Shown in pieces: positions 1 to 8,891 of a stretch of DNA of 64,000 nucleotides. The notes under the pieces were generated by a model. It was not told where the DNA came from. It searched no databases and saw only the letters and a program-made list of their open reading frames with translations. The position numbers were made by a program, and so were the translations under genes. The stretch covers positions 384,001-448,000 of the forward strand of contig JAVVGF010000001.1 of the NCBI GenBank assembly GCA_032249235.1, given 5' to 3'. How positions within the stretch are numbered: position 1 is the first letter of the stretch; every line of letters starts with the position of its first letter. Source of the DNA: Thermoproteota archaeon. GTDB lineage: Archaea > Thermoproteota > Thermoprotei > Gearchaeales > Gearchaeaceae.

Positions 1-3
1 AAT

Positions 4-1305
4 TTAATCTATTCCTAATTTTTCTTTATACGCGTCAAGATCAAGGAATCCATGTCCGCTTATATTCATTAAAATTATCTTTTCCTCGTTTTTCTTTTCT
101 GCTTTTATCGCTTCATCGATACATCCTCTAACTGCATAAGCAGATTCTGCAGCTACAAGCCAACCTTCAGTTTCTAGAAATATTTTTGCTGCTTCAAAAA
201 TTTCTTTTTCATCTAAAGGATAATAAGTTGCTCTAATTATTCCTTCATCTTTTAATAAGCTTATAATTGGAGCTGCAGCATGGTATCTTAATCCATCTCC
301 TTTTATTTCTTTGAATTCACTTTTATGTCCTAATGTATACATTTTCAATAAAGGTGTTTGACCTGCAACATCAGCAAAATCATATTCATATTTTCCTTTA
401 ACCAAATTAGGGGCAGCCTCGGATTGCACAGCTAAGAATTCGATTTCTTTTTTATTGATCAATCTTTCGCGAACAAAGGGTAATGCTATTCCTCCAAAAT
501 TCGATCCTCCGCCTAAGCAAGATATTACAAGATTAGGGAAGCTATCTATTTTTTTGAATTGCTCGATTGCTTCTAAGCCAATAATTGTTTGATGTAATAA
601 AACGTGATTCAATACAGAGCCTAAAGCATATGCAGATTTTTCTTCCCTCGAAGCTACTTCTAATCCTTCAGCAATAGCTAAAGATAAAGATCCGGGGTGA
701 TTAGGATTTATTTCAAGATATTCTCTTCCTATTTTGGTTAAATTGCTTGGAGAAGGATGAACTTCTGCTCCGTATAGCTTCATCAATATTCTTCTCTGTT
801 TCTTCCATTCATAAACATTTCTAACCCAAAATACTTCGCACTTAAGACCTAATAATCTAGCTGCATATGCCAAAGCCGTACCCCATTGACCTGCACCAGT
901 TTCTGTTACAAGTTTCTCTTTTCCTTCTTTAAGTGCATAATAAGCTTGTGCTAAAGCAGTGTTTAATTTATGAGATCCTGGTGGACTTAAATCTTCTCTC
1001 TTATAATATATCTTTACCTTTGTTAAACCTAATCTGTTTTCAAGTCTTTTCGCTCGATAGAGAGGTCTAGGTCTTCCTACATGTAAATAGAGTTCTAAAA
1101 GTTCATCAGGAATCTTAATCCATCTTTCTTCAGAAAATTCTTGCTTTAAGCATTCTTTAATCATCACTTTTTCCAAAAATTTCATTCTAGATCTTCCATC
1201 TTCAGGTTCTTTAGGTTTGGGAAGTGGTTTAGGCAGGTCAGGAATTATATTATACCAATATTTCGGTATTTCGTCATCGTTTAGAATGATTTTGCTCATG
1301 AGCAA
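4..1305 (-). CDS. trpB2: Tryptophan synthase beta chain, type 2 (TrpB2, PLP-dependent)
   Basis: IPKYWYNI N-terminus, PLP lysine motif GSHKLNTA, ETGAGQWG, GGGSN, ISGHG; no trpA adjacent. Confidence 0.92.
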   Translation of the reverse strand: MLMSKIILNDDEIPKYWYNIIPDLPKPLPKPKEPEDGRSRMKFLEKVMIKECLKQEFSEERWIKIPDELLELYLHVGRPRPLYRAKRLENRLGLTKVKIYYKREDLSPPGSHKLNTALAQAYYALKEGKEKLVTETGAGQWGTALAYAARLLGLKCEVFWVRNVYEWKKQRRILMKLYGAEVHPSPSNLTKIGREYLEINPNHPGSLSLAIAEGLEVASREEKSAYALGSVLNHVLLHQTIIGLEAIEQFKKIDSFPNLVISCLGGGSNFGGIALPFVRERLINKKEIEFLAVQSEAAPNLVKGKYEYDFADVAGQTPLLKMYTLGHKSEFKEIKGDGLRYHAAAPIISLLKDEGIIRATYYPLDEKEIFEAAKIFLETEGWLVAAESAYAVRGCIDEAIKAEKKNEEKIILMNISGHGFLDLDAYKEKLGID

Positions 1306-1379
1306 TTGATATCTTAGTATTATTTATACTCAAATGTGCTTAGCAATTTATTCATTTTTAGCTATAATCTATTTGATAA

Positions 1380-2684
1380 ATGAATTTGAAAGTTGACGAT
1401 TTGGATTTCAATTTTCCTACGATAAAAAAGAATAAAATTCTTGAACCCAGCGCTGAAATTTGTATCCCATGTAGAGGTGCAAAATATCTTTGTGGAAGAT
1501 CATATTGCCCTCTAATTGTTAAAACTACTAGATTGTTGAAAACAATTGAATTGAGAAAAAGATTAATTGAAGGTTCATCGCCTCCTTCTGTATTTGTAGG
1601 AAGAATGGGCTATCCTAACGTTAGAATTGGTCCTCTAGTTCCTTCCATAATTGGTGATACTAGTTATTTCGATTTGCCTGAAATTTGGACAAATTATAAG
1701 ATTGAAGATATTTTGAGCTTCAGATTTTCGATGGTTAGAAGCTACATGTTTGCTAGAGTAGAGGATGCTAAATTTGAACCTCGTTGGCTCATTGATCTGC
1801 AAGAGCTGATTTCTTCAAAGAATCCAGTAGATATTGAAATTAAACTTTCAAATCTTCCTTCTGGAAAACCATTTTTAGATGATGTTATTGAACCAATTGG
1901 GCCTTCAGCAAAGCTTGAAAGTTATGAGATTTTATCTAATGTTAAGATGGATGATAGGATAGAGAAAATTTATTATGATAAAGACCTAAGGGCAAGCGAA
2001 GCAATCCTTAAACTATACTTCAACAATCTCGAAATCTCAAAGATATCGAAGGTTCTCAGCTTAGGCATGTTAGGCTTAGGAAAGAATAGGAAATTAGTTC
2101 CTACTAGATGGAGTATTACAGCGGTTGATGATACTATATCGAAGAATCTTGTAGAGAAAATTAAAGAATATCCTGTAATCGATAAAATAAGAATTTACTA
2201 CAAAGAGAAACATTTAAATCGATTCATAATTCTGATGCTTCCTTCAAAATGGTCTTATGAATGGATTGAAGCATGGTACCCTAATACTACATGGAATCTA
2301 TATGGTGCTGATGTTGAAGCTGAGAGCGATTATGAAGGCTATCATGGAAGAAGTAGCTATGCAAATCTTGGAGGTTGTTATTATGCTGTTAGACTTGCTA
2401 TTGCAGAAAGATTGAATCTAGAAAGAAGACAAGCAACTGTTCTGGCTATCAGGGAAATATTGCCTGGTTTCGTAACTTCAATAGGTGTTTGGTTTGTTAG
2501 AGAAAGTATGAGAGAAATTTTAAGAGGTCAATATTTAGAATTTGAAGATATTAAAGAAGCATTGGAATTTATTTTTTCAAGGCTAAAATTGAACAAGGAA
2601 AAAATAATTAATAAAAGTACAATTCTTAAAAATATATATTTTCAAAGAAAAATTCATGAATTTCTAGACAAATTTAATGCTTAA
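1380..2684 (+). CDS. nreA: Archaeal DNA repair protein Nre (DUF650/DUF651)
   Basis: N-terminal CxxC-x6-C-x4-C, GSSPPSVFVG, LVPTRWSITAVD, GGCYYA; C-terminal PIP-like box QRKIHEF. Confidence 0.9.
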   Translation: MNLKVDDLDFNFPTIKKNKILEPSAEICIPCRGAKYLCGRSYCPLIVKTTRLLKTIELRKRLIEGSSPPSVFVGRMGYPNVRIGPLVPSIIGDTSYFDLPEIWTNYKIEDILSFRFSMVRSYMFARVEDAKFEPRWLIDLQELISSKNPVDIEIKLSNLPSGKPFLDDVIEPIGPSAKLESYEILSNVKMDDRIEKIYYDKDLRASEAILKLYFNNLEISKISKVLSLGMLGLGKNRKLVPTRWSITAVDDTISKNLVEKIKEYPVIDKIRIYYKEKHLNRFIILMLPSKWSYEWIEAWYPNTTWNLYGADVEAESDYEGYHGRSSYANLGGCYYAVRLAIAERLNLERRQATVLAIREILPGFVTSIGVWFVRESMREILRGQYLEFEDIKEALEFIFSRLKLNKEKIINKSTILKNIYFQRKIHEFLDKFNA

Positions 2685-3383
2685 ATTCCATTTCCTTGTA
2701 TTAAGAGATATGTTTAGAATTGTGACAGTTATCGATTCAATTAGATATGATAATTCTATATCTCCTACATATAATGGATTAAGATGTTCATCCAAATCTT
2801 TTGCTAAAGTTAAGAAAGTTTCGATAGAATTTTTATCACTTGAGCAATATGGCAAATCATAATTGAGGATTGAATAAGGATCTGCCAACTTTTTTGCGGG
2901 TATTGTATGTAAAGCTGAAACCACTTTATTTGTTTCAAGGATTTTAGTTATTTCTTCGCCTGCAGATTTTGCAGTAGGGCTTATCAAGCTAGGATCATAG
3001 ATGAACTTACTATCCTTTTTTGCTATAGGAACAACTGGCGAAATTATAATCGCATTTTTGTTAATATTTTCTTTTATCTTCTTAAGAAAATCAACTAAAA
3101 ATTGAGAAGGAATCGATATTATGATTGCGTCTGCTTCTTTCACAGCATCTTCGTTTTTCATCCCAATAAGCTTTCCTTTTACATCTTCTTGATATGCAAG
3201 GATTGCTTTGCTTGCATAATTCTTAGCTTCATTTATAGCCTTTACTTCATCCCTTGAACCTATTATGACTTCATGTTTTCTAGCCCATCTAATCGCTAGT
3301 CCTTCTCCAAAATCTCCTGTACCTCCAAGTATTGCTATTTTCATAATCTTCTTAGAAACTTTTTCCATTTTAATTTGATTCAA
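2664..3383 (-). CDS. npdG: NADPH-dependent F420 reductase (F420H2:NADP+ oxidoreductase); true start probably 3368 or 3344
   Basis: KIAILGGTGDFGEGLA Rossmann motif, IGSR, ISPVVP, VSALHTIPA. Confidence 0.85.
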   Translation of the reverse strand: MNQIKMEKVSKKIMKIAILGGTGDFGEGLAIRWARKHEVIIGSRDEVKAINEAKNYASKAILAYQEDVKGKLIGMKNEDAVKEADAIIISIPSQFLVDFLKKIKENINKNAIIISPVVPIAKKDSKFIYDPSLISPTAKSAGEEITKILETNKVVSALHTIPAKKLADPYSILNYDLPYCSSDKNSIETFLTLAKDLDEHLNPLYVGDIELSYLIESITVTILNISLNTRKWNLSIKFV

Positions 3384-3418
3384 AATGCTTAAATCTATGT
3401 ATACAATTTTATAATTAA

Positions 3419-4981
3419 ATGGTTAGGGTAGTTCTAACTTGTGATAGAACATTAGCTGGAGAATTTCATCATATACCCCTGTTAGATTTCTTTAGTTGTG
3501 CACCTGTGGAAAAAACACCAAAGTTTCTATATGATTTCCTAACAGGTCAGGTTCCTACATATGATGGTATAATGGTAAGGGCTCCTTATCCGCTTCGCAA
3601 AATAGAAGCAGGCCTATTAAGAGGATACAAGCCCAATGAGGTAGTAGTTGTCCATCCTGATCATGTTCATAAATATATAGATGAAGATACCAAAGTTGTA
3701 GGAATAAATTCAATGGATCCTTTAGGTCTAGGACCAGTAACGATGATGTTCACTTACGGAGGTGTTTATACTGCATATACCAAATACTATTTCATAAAGG
3801 CTGTAAAAACGATTGCAGAAATTAGGAGAAAAAGGAATCTGAAATTCAAAATTGTAATGGGAGGAAGCGGTGCTTGGCAATTAGATGTTAAAAGGAAGTA
3901 TATCGATGAACTTGAAATTGACCATGTGATAATGGGCGAAATTGATCATTTGTTACCTGATTTGTTTTATCAAATAGAAAGTGATGGGCTAGATAAAGTC
4001 ATTAAGATTCGAGGACATCCGAAAATAGAGGAAATCCCCACAATTGTTAGACCTGCTATGCATGGTTTTGTTGAAACAATGAGAGGTTGTGGAAGGAATT
4101 GTCATTTCTGTGAACCAAATCTAAGAGTAGGCAGATATGTGCCTCCTGAAAAAATAAAGAAAGAAATTCTCATAAACTTAAGTGGCGGTATAAGCAATGT
4201 ATGGATGCATAGCGAAGATATCTTCTTATATAAGGTTGAGGACAAATTCTATTTCTATCCTAACAGAGATGCATTAATAGAGCTTTTCAGTACTGTAATG
4301 TCTACAAAAGGTGTAACGCATGCAAATCCTACTCATGGAACCGTTGCTCCTGCCGCAGCTGATCCTGGCTTGATAAGAGATTTATCAAAAATATTAAGAG
4401 CAGGACCTAGGAATTGGATAGGAATTCAACCTGGTTTGGAATCAGGTTCTGGTAGGATATTGACATCATATATGCCTTTAAAGGCTAAACCTTTCGATGC
4501 GGAAGATTGGGCTGATGTTATATTTGAAGGTAATGCAGTTCTTAATGAGAATTATTGGTTTCCTGCATATACGATAATAATCGGACTTCCAGGTGAGAAA
4601 GAGGATGATTTATGGGCTACTGCAAGATTAATTGATAGATTAGAAAGAGGATTGCCTGAAAGGGTTGGTCCTAAAGCGCATTTCACAGTTACTCCTCTTA
4701 GCTTTGTTCCTATTGGCTTACTAAGAGATAAAGACTTTTATAATATAGATGAGCAAATAAATGAAGCTGCTTTCGCTGTTATATACAGGGCTTGGAGACA
4801 TACAATAATGGAGCTTGTTAGATCAGCAAGAGATGTTTTCAAAACGAATCCATTCTTCAAAGCATTCATGTTTGCTTTATCTGTAGTAGGCGCAGATATC
4901 ATACTTAGAAGTATAGAGAAATGGGGCGAAAAAATGGGTTTTGACCCAGAAAAAGCAAAAAGAATTAGATGGGATAGCTAG
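3419..4981 (+). CDS. B12-binding radical SAM enzyme, GDGT ring synthase (Grs)-like
   Basis: CxxxCxxC (CGRNCHFC); N-terminal VVLTCDR...APYPLRKIEA...MDPLGLGP resembles the Grs family as I recall it. Confidence 0.7.
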   Translation: MVRVVLTCDRTLAGEFHHIPLLDFFSCAPVEKTPKFLYDFLTGQVPTYDGIMVRAPYPLRKIEAGLLRGYKPNEVVVVHPDHVHKYIDEDTKVVGINSMDPLGLGPVTMMFTYGGVYTAYTKYYFIKAVKTIAEIRRKRNLKFKIVMGGSGAWQLDVKRKYIDELEIDHVIMGEIDHLLPDLFYQIESDGLDKVIKIRGHPKIEEIPTIVRPAMHGFVETMRGCGRNCHFCEPNLRVGRYVPPEKIKKEILINLSGGISNVWMHSEDIFLYKVEDKFYFYPNRDALIELFSTVMSTKGVTHANPTHGTVAPAAADPGLIRDLSKILRAGPRNWIGIQPGLESGSGRILTSYMPLKAKPFDAEDWADVIFEGNAVLNENYWFPAYTIIIGLPGEKEDDLWATARLIDRLERGLPERVGPKAHFTVTPLSFVPIGLLRDKDFYNIDEQINEAAFAVIYRAWRHTIMELVRSARDVFKTNPFFKAFMFALSVVGADIILRSIEKWGEKMGFDPEKAKRIRWDS

Positions 4982-5214
4982 TACCTTTCTATAACTACTG
5001 AAGTTGTTGTTTTAACTACACCTGCTATATTCAATAGTTTATCCTTTACTACTTTAGATAGCTCAGAAAAGTCTTTTGCCTCAACTTTTATAACTATATC
5101 GAATTCTCCTGTTACTGCATATGCTTCCTTTACGTTTTCAATTTTCCTTACTTCTGTTCCTACCTTATCTATTTTATTTGGTTCTGCTACTATAAATATG
5201 AAAGCTTCTACCAT
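4978..5214 (-). CDS. Stand-alone Lrp/AsnC ligand-binding (RAM) domain protein
   Basis: 78 aa, AYAVTGEFDIVIKV, GVVKTTTSV; no HTH. Confidence 0.88.
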   Translation of the reverse strand: MVEAFIFIVAEPNKIDKVGTEVRKIENVKEAYAVTGEFDIVIKVEAKDFSELSKVVKDKLLNIAGVVKTTTSVVIERY

Positions 5215-5299
5215 GTTACCTCTCTTCTATTAACGATTATTGGGATTTAAATATTTTTGGGATATCTTTATTAACAGATTAAAAGAGAGTGAAAATGTA

Positions 5300-6328
5300 A
5301 TGTCGCAATTATTAACATTCGGAGATTTAGCATCTTTAGTTGTCAAACCAAATTTATGTGTTCGATGCGGCGCATGTGTTGCAGTTTGTCCTCCAGATGT
5401 TCTTAAAGTAGATGAATATACTTCTGAAGGAGCCCAATTAGTTGGAGTTTGTACTCTTTGCGGGTTATGTCCTTTGGTATGTCCAGTTTTGCATCCTTAT
5501 GAAGCACCATTAGATAAACCTCTTGGAGATTATATCGAATACGGTATTTACAAGGCTGCTGATCCAGAACTTAAAGCTACCGATGGCGGTGTAACTACTG
5601 TATTATTAGAAGAAGCCTTTGAAATGGGTTTAATAGATGGTGCTATCGTAGCTTCAAAGGATGATGAATGGTATGCAAAAGCTGTGATTGTTACAGACAA
5701 GAAAGAATTAAGAAAGTATGCTCAAACAATTTACTGGCATGTACCAATGGTTACTCCTTTAAGAATTGCAATAGAAAAAATGAAGCTCAAGAAAGTTGCA
5801 ATTGTAGGTACTGGATGCCAAACTGCTGCAGCTAAGTTAATGGATAAAATACCTAAATTTAAAGGAAGGGTTGCATTGTTACTAGGGTTATTTTGCTCGA
5901 AAACATGGATGAGGGAAGATTTTTATGATAAAGTTAAGGAAAAACTAGCTCTAGAGCCAAAAGATATTGAAGATATAATAGTGAAAAATAAATTAATCTT
6001 CAAGCTTAAAAATGGAGAAACGAGAGAATTGCCTTTAGAAGAAGTTGAAGATACTACATTCGGATCGTGTTATGTTTGCCATGATTTCACCGCAGAAGTA
6101 AGTGATATTTCATTAGGTGCAAATGGAGCTCCTCCTGGTTGGAATTTCTTGCTAATTCGAAGTCAGGTAGGTAAGCAATTAGTTGAAAATGCTTTGAAAT
6201 CTGGAAAGCTTCTTAAAAGTAATGAAAAGCCAAAAGTCAAATTCGTTATTCGTAGAGCGATTGATCAAAAGTTAAGAACCATTCCAGAATTCATGGCTAA
6301 ACAGCTTCCTATTGCTATAAGTAAATGA
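5300..6328 (+). CDS. Coenzyme F420 hydrogenase/dehydrogenase beta subunit family (FrhB/FpoF-like) with 2x[4Fe-4S] domain
   Basis: CVRCGACVAVCP and CTLCGLCPLVCP, DGGVTT, VGTGCQ, GLFC, CYVCHDF, DISLG; ATG at 5300 preferred to TTG 5240. Confidence 0.85.
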   Translation: MSQLLTFGDLASLVVKPNLCVRCGACVAVCPPDVLKVDEYTSEGAQLVGVCTLCGLCPLVCPVLHPYEAPLDKPLGDYIEYGIYKAADPELKATDGGVTTVLLEEAFEMGLIDGAIVASKDDEWYAKAVIVTDKKELRKYAQTIYWHVPMVTPLRIAIEKMKLKKVAIVGTGCQTAAAKLMDKIPKFKGRVALLLGLFCSKTWMREDFYDKVKEKLALEPKDIEDIIVKNKLIFKLKNGETRELPLEEVEDTTFGSCYVCHDFTAEVSDISLGANGAPPGWNFLLIRSQVGKQLVENALKSGKLLKSNEKPKVKFVIRRAIDQKLRTIPEFMAKQLPIAISK

Positions 6329-6588
6329 GCTCTGAAAACGTAGAGCTTCCTTATCTTGCTCAAGAATTCGGTTTTAGTAAGGTCTTTTTAACGAAGAAAG
6401 GATCATTAGTTCTAGTTCTTGAAAAAAATGGCAGAACAGTTTATAGAGAAATAGATGATGCTTGGAGGTTCATTGAAAATGTAAACAGGGTTGAAGCTCC
6501 TTTAGTTAGTGATTTAATGTTAAAACTTCTATATGAGCGAATTATTGAAGCAAAAGAGGAAATGGAGAAAGAAATAACGCAAGCTTAA
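6325..6588 (+). CDS. Hypothetical protein, coupled to the FrhB-like gene
   Basis: 87-aa ORF whose ATG overlaps the upstream gene end. Confidence 0.65.
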   Translation: MSSENVELPYLAQEFGFSKVFLTKKGSLVLVLEKNGRTVYREIDDAWRFIENVNRVEAPLVSDLMLKLLYERIIEAKEEMEKEITQA

Positions 6589-6615
6589 ATCGTTTTATAA
6601 ACATTTATATTCATC

Positions 6616-8385
6616 ATGACAATTCCTGAAGAGGAGGTAATATCAACGAATCGTTATCTTTTTGAATGGGTTTATTCTGTTGCTTCTTTAACTAAGCCAT
6701 CACGTATTTATTGGTGTGACGGTAGTGAAGAAGAATATAATAGTTTGATTAAAGAAATGGTATCTAAAGGTATTCTTATTGAGCTAAATCAAGAATTATT
6801 TCCTGGTTGTTATCTCCATAGAAGTGATCCTAATGATGTCGCTAGGACTGAAGAATCAACTTTCATTTGTACAAGTAACAAAGATGATGCAGGGCCTACA
6901 AATAATTGGATGCCTATAGAAAAGGCTAAAGCAATCCTATATGGTATATTAAAGGATTCTATGAGAGGTAAAACAATGTATGTTGTTCCCTATGTTTTAG
7001 GTCCAATAAATTCTCCATACTCACGAGTAGGTATTCAAATAACTGATAGTCCATACATCGTAGTCAATTTAAGAATTTTAACGAGAATGGGAAGAGTTGC
7101 TCTTTCTAAGCTTGGAAATTCAAAAAATTTCGTAAAAGGAATACATGCTACATGCAATCTAGATCCTAAATATAGATTCATTTGTCATTTTCCTGATGAA
7201 AAGTTAATCATAAGCGTCAATACAAACTATGGCGGCAATGCAATACTCAGTAAAAAATGTCATGCACTTAGAATAGCAAGTTACGAAGCAAAAAACGAAG
7301 GATGGTTAGCTGAGCATATGCTCGTTGTAGGAATTGAAGATCCTAATGGTCGTCTTCATTATATTAGTGGAGCATTTCCAAGTGCTAGTGGTAAAACTAA
7401 TTTAGCAATGCTTAAGCCGAGAGGAATTTTCAAAGATTGGAAAGTTTGGACCTTAAGTGATGATATTGCATGGTTGCATATCGATAAAGATGGAAAATTA
7501 AGGGCTATAAATCCTGAAGCTGGTTTTTTTGCTGTTGCAGTTGGAACAAATTATAATACAAATCCAAATATGATGGAAGCTATAAAAAAGAATACAATTT
7601 TCACAAACGTAGCAATGACAATTGATAGAGAGCCTTGGTGGGAAGGACTTGAGGAACCAAATAAAATAATATATGATTGGAGAGGTGAGCTATGGAATAG
7701 AATAAGGCCTGCAGCTCATCCTAATTCAAGATTTACAGTATCTGCTAAACAATATCCTAGCTTATCTCCCAATTTTGAAGATCCAGAAGGTGTTGTAATC
7801 TCAGCAATCTTATTTGGTGGTAGGAGAAGGAAAACAATCCCTCTTGTTTTTGAAGCTTTTGATCCAATACATGGAGTGCTAATTGGTGCGATGTTGAGAG
7901 CAGAAACAACAGCTGCAGCAAGCGGAAAAGTAGGTGTTGTAAGAAATGATCCAATGGCTATGTTGCCTTTTTGTGGATATAATATGGCTGATTACTTTTC
8001 ACACTTTCTTGAGACTATTAAAAAATTGAGTATGCCTCCTAAATTCTTCAATGTGAATTGGTTCAGAACAGATCAAAATGGAAGATACTTATGGCCTGGC
8101 TTTCAAGAAAACATTCGTGTAATTAAATGGATTATACAGAGGATTGAAGGAGAAGCGGATGCTGAAGAAACCCCAATAGGTTATGTTCCTACTTTAGATT
8201 CGCTTGATCTTACAGGCTTGAATATATCTAAAGAAGACTTAAAGGAATTGCTTTCTATAAATGAAAGAGAATGGCTGAGCGAATTCGAGGAAGTTGAGAA
8301 ATTCTTTAATATATTCGGTGAGCGATTTCCTAAAGAGCTGTGGACAAAATTTTACGAAATAAAATCCAGATTAGGAAGAAAATGA
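6616..8385 (+). CDS. pckG: Phosphoenolpyruvate carboxykinase (GTP)
   Basis: DVARTE, YGGNAILSKKCHALRIAS, WLAEHM, AFPSASGKTNLAM, DDIAW, HPNSRF. Confidence 0.96.
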   Translation: MTIPEEEVISTNRYLFEWVYSVASLTKPSRIYWCDGSEEEYNSLIKEMVSKGILIELNQELFPGCYLHRSDPNDVARTEESTFICTSNKDDAGPTNNWMPIEKAKAILYGILKDSMRGKTMYVVPYVLGPINSPYSRVGIQITDSPYIVVNLRILTRMGRVALSKLGNSKNFVKGIHATCNLDPKYRFICHFPDEKLIISVNTNYGGNAILSKKCHALRIASYEAKNEGWLAEHMLVVGIEDPNGRLHYISGAFPSASGKTNLAMLKPRGIFKDWKVWTLSDDIAWLHIDKDGKLRAINPEAGFFAVAVGTNYNTNPNMMEAIKKNTIFTNVAMTIDREPWWEGLEEPNKIIYDWRGELWNRIRPAAHPNSRFTVSAKQYPSLSPNFEDPEGVVISAILFGGRRRKTIPLVFEAFDPIHGVLIGAMLRAETTAAASGKVGVVRNDPMAMLPFCGYNMADYFSHFLETIKKLSMPPKFFNVNWFRTDQNGRYLWPGFQENIRVIKWIIQRIEGEADAEETPIGYVPTLDSLDLTGLNISKEDLKELLSINEREWLSEFEEVEKFFNIFGERFPKELWTKFYEIKSRLGRK

Positions 8386-8891
8386 ATGTATTGGATTTTC
8401 TACTGAAAGCTTATGAAATGAAAGAACTTAAAAGAACTGGATGGGTAAAAAAAGTCAATATAGCTGAGGCTGAAACTGTCGCGAGTCATACATTTGGAAT
8501 GATGCTCATTGCAAGCCTATTTTTTGATGATCCTGAACTATATAAATTAATAATTTTACACGATTTACCAGAAGTTATTATTGGAGATCTTACACCAGAA
8601 GAAAAGTTTTCAGGAATAGAAAAAGCTGAATACGATGCTTTCCTTAAATTAATTCAAAATTTAGATGAAGAAAAAAGAAGGACATTCGTTGAATTATTTA
8701 AAAAGAGTCAAAAAAATCAGATTTTAAAAGAAATTGATAAATTGGATATGGCTATACAAGCTTTATATTATAAAAATAAAGGTTATTCTAAAGAAAAACT
8801 CAAAGAATTTATCATTAGTGCACAGGAATACATTAAAAGTCCAAAATTAAGAGAAATTTTAGAAGAAGTTAAGGAGAGGTTTGAGAAATAA
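8382..8891 (+). CDS. HD-domain phosphohydrolase (YfbR/HDDC2-like 5'-nucleotidase)
   Basis: KRTGW, ETVASH, LHDLPE, GD, DKLD; ATGA overlap with the pckG stop. Confidence 0.88.
   Translation: MNVLDFLLKAYEMKELKRTGWVKKVNIAEAETVASHTFGMMLIASLFFDDPELYKLIILHDLPEVIIGDLTPEEKFSGIEKAEYDAFLKLIQNLDEEKRRTFVELFKKSQKNQILKEIDKLDMAIQALYYKNKGYSKEKLKEFIISAQEYIKSPKLREILEEVKERFEK

Noticed and set aside
4-1305. trpB without trpA
   Set aside because: Stand-alone TrpB2 is well known in archaea
7372-7400. PEPCK P-loop has Ser (PSASGKT) in place of the usual Cys
   Set aside because: All other catalytic motifs are intact; likely an ordinary variant
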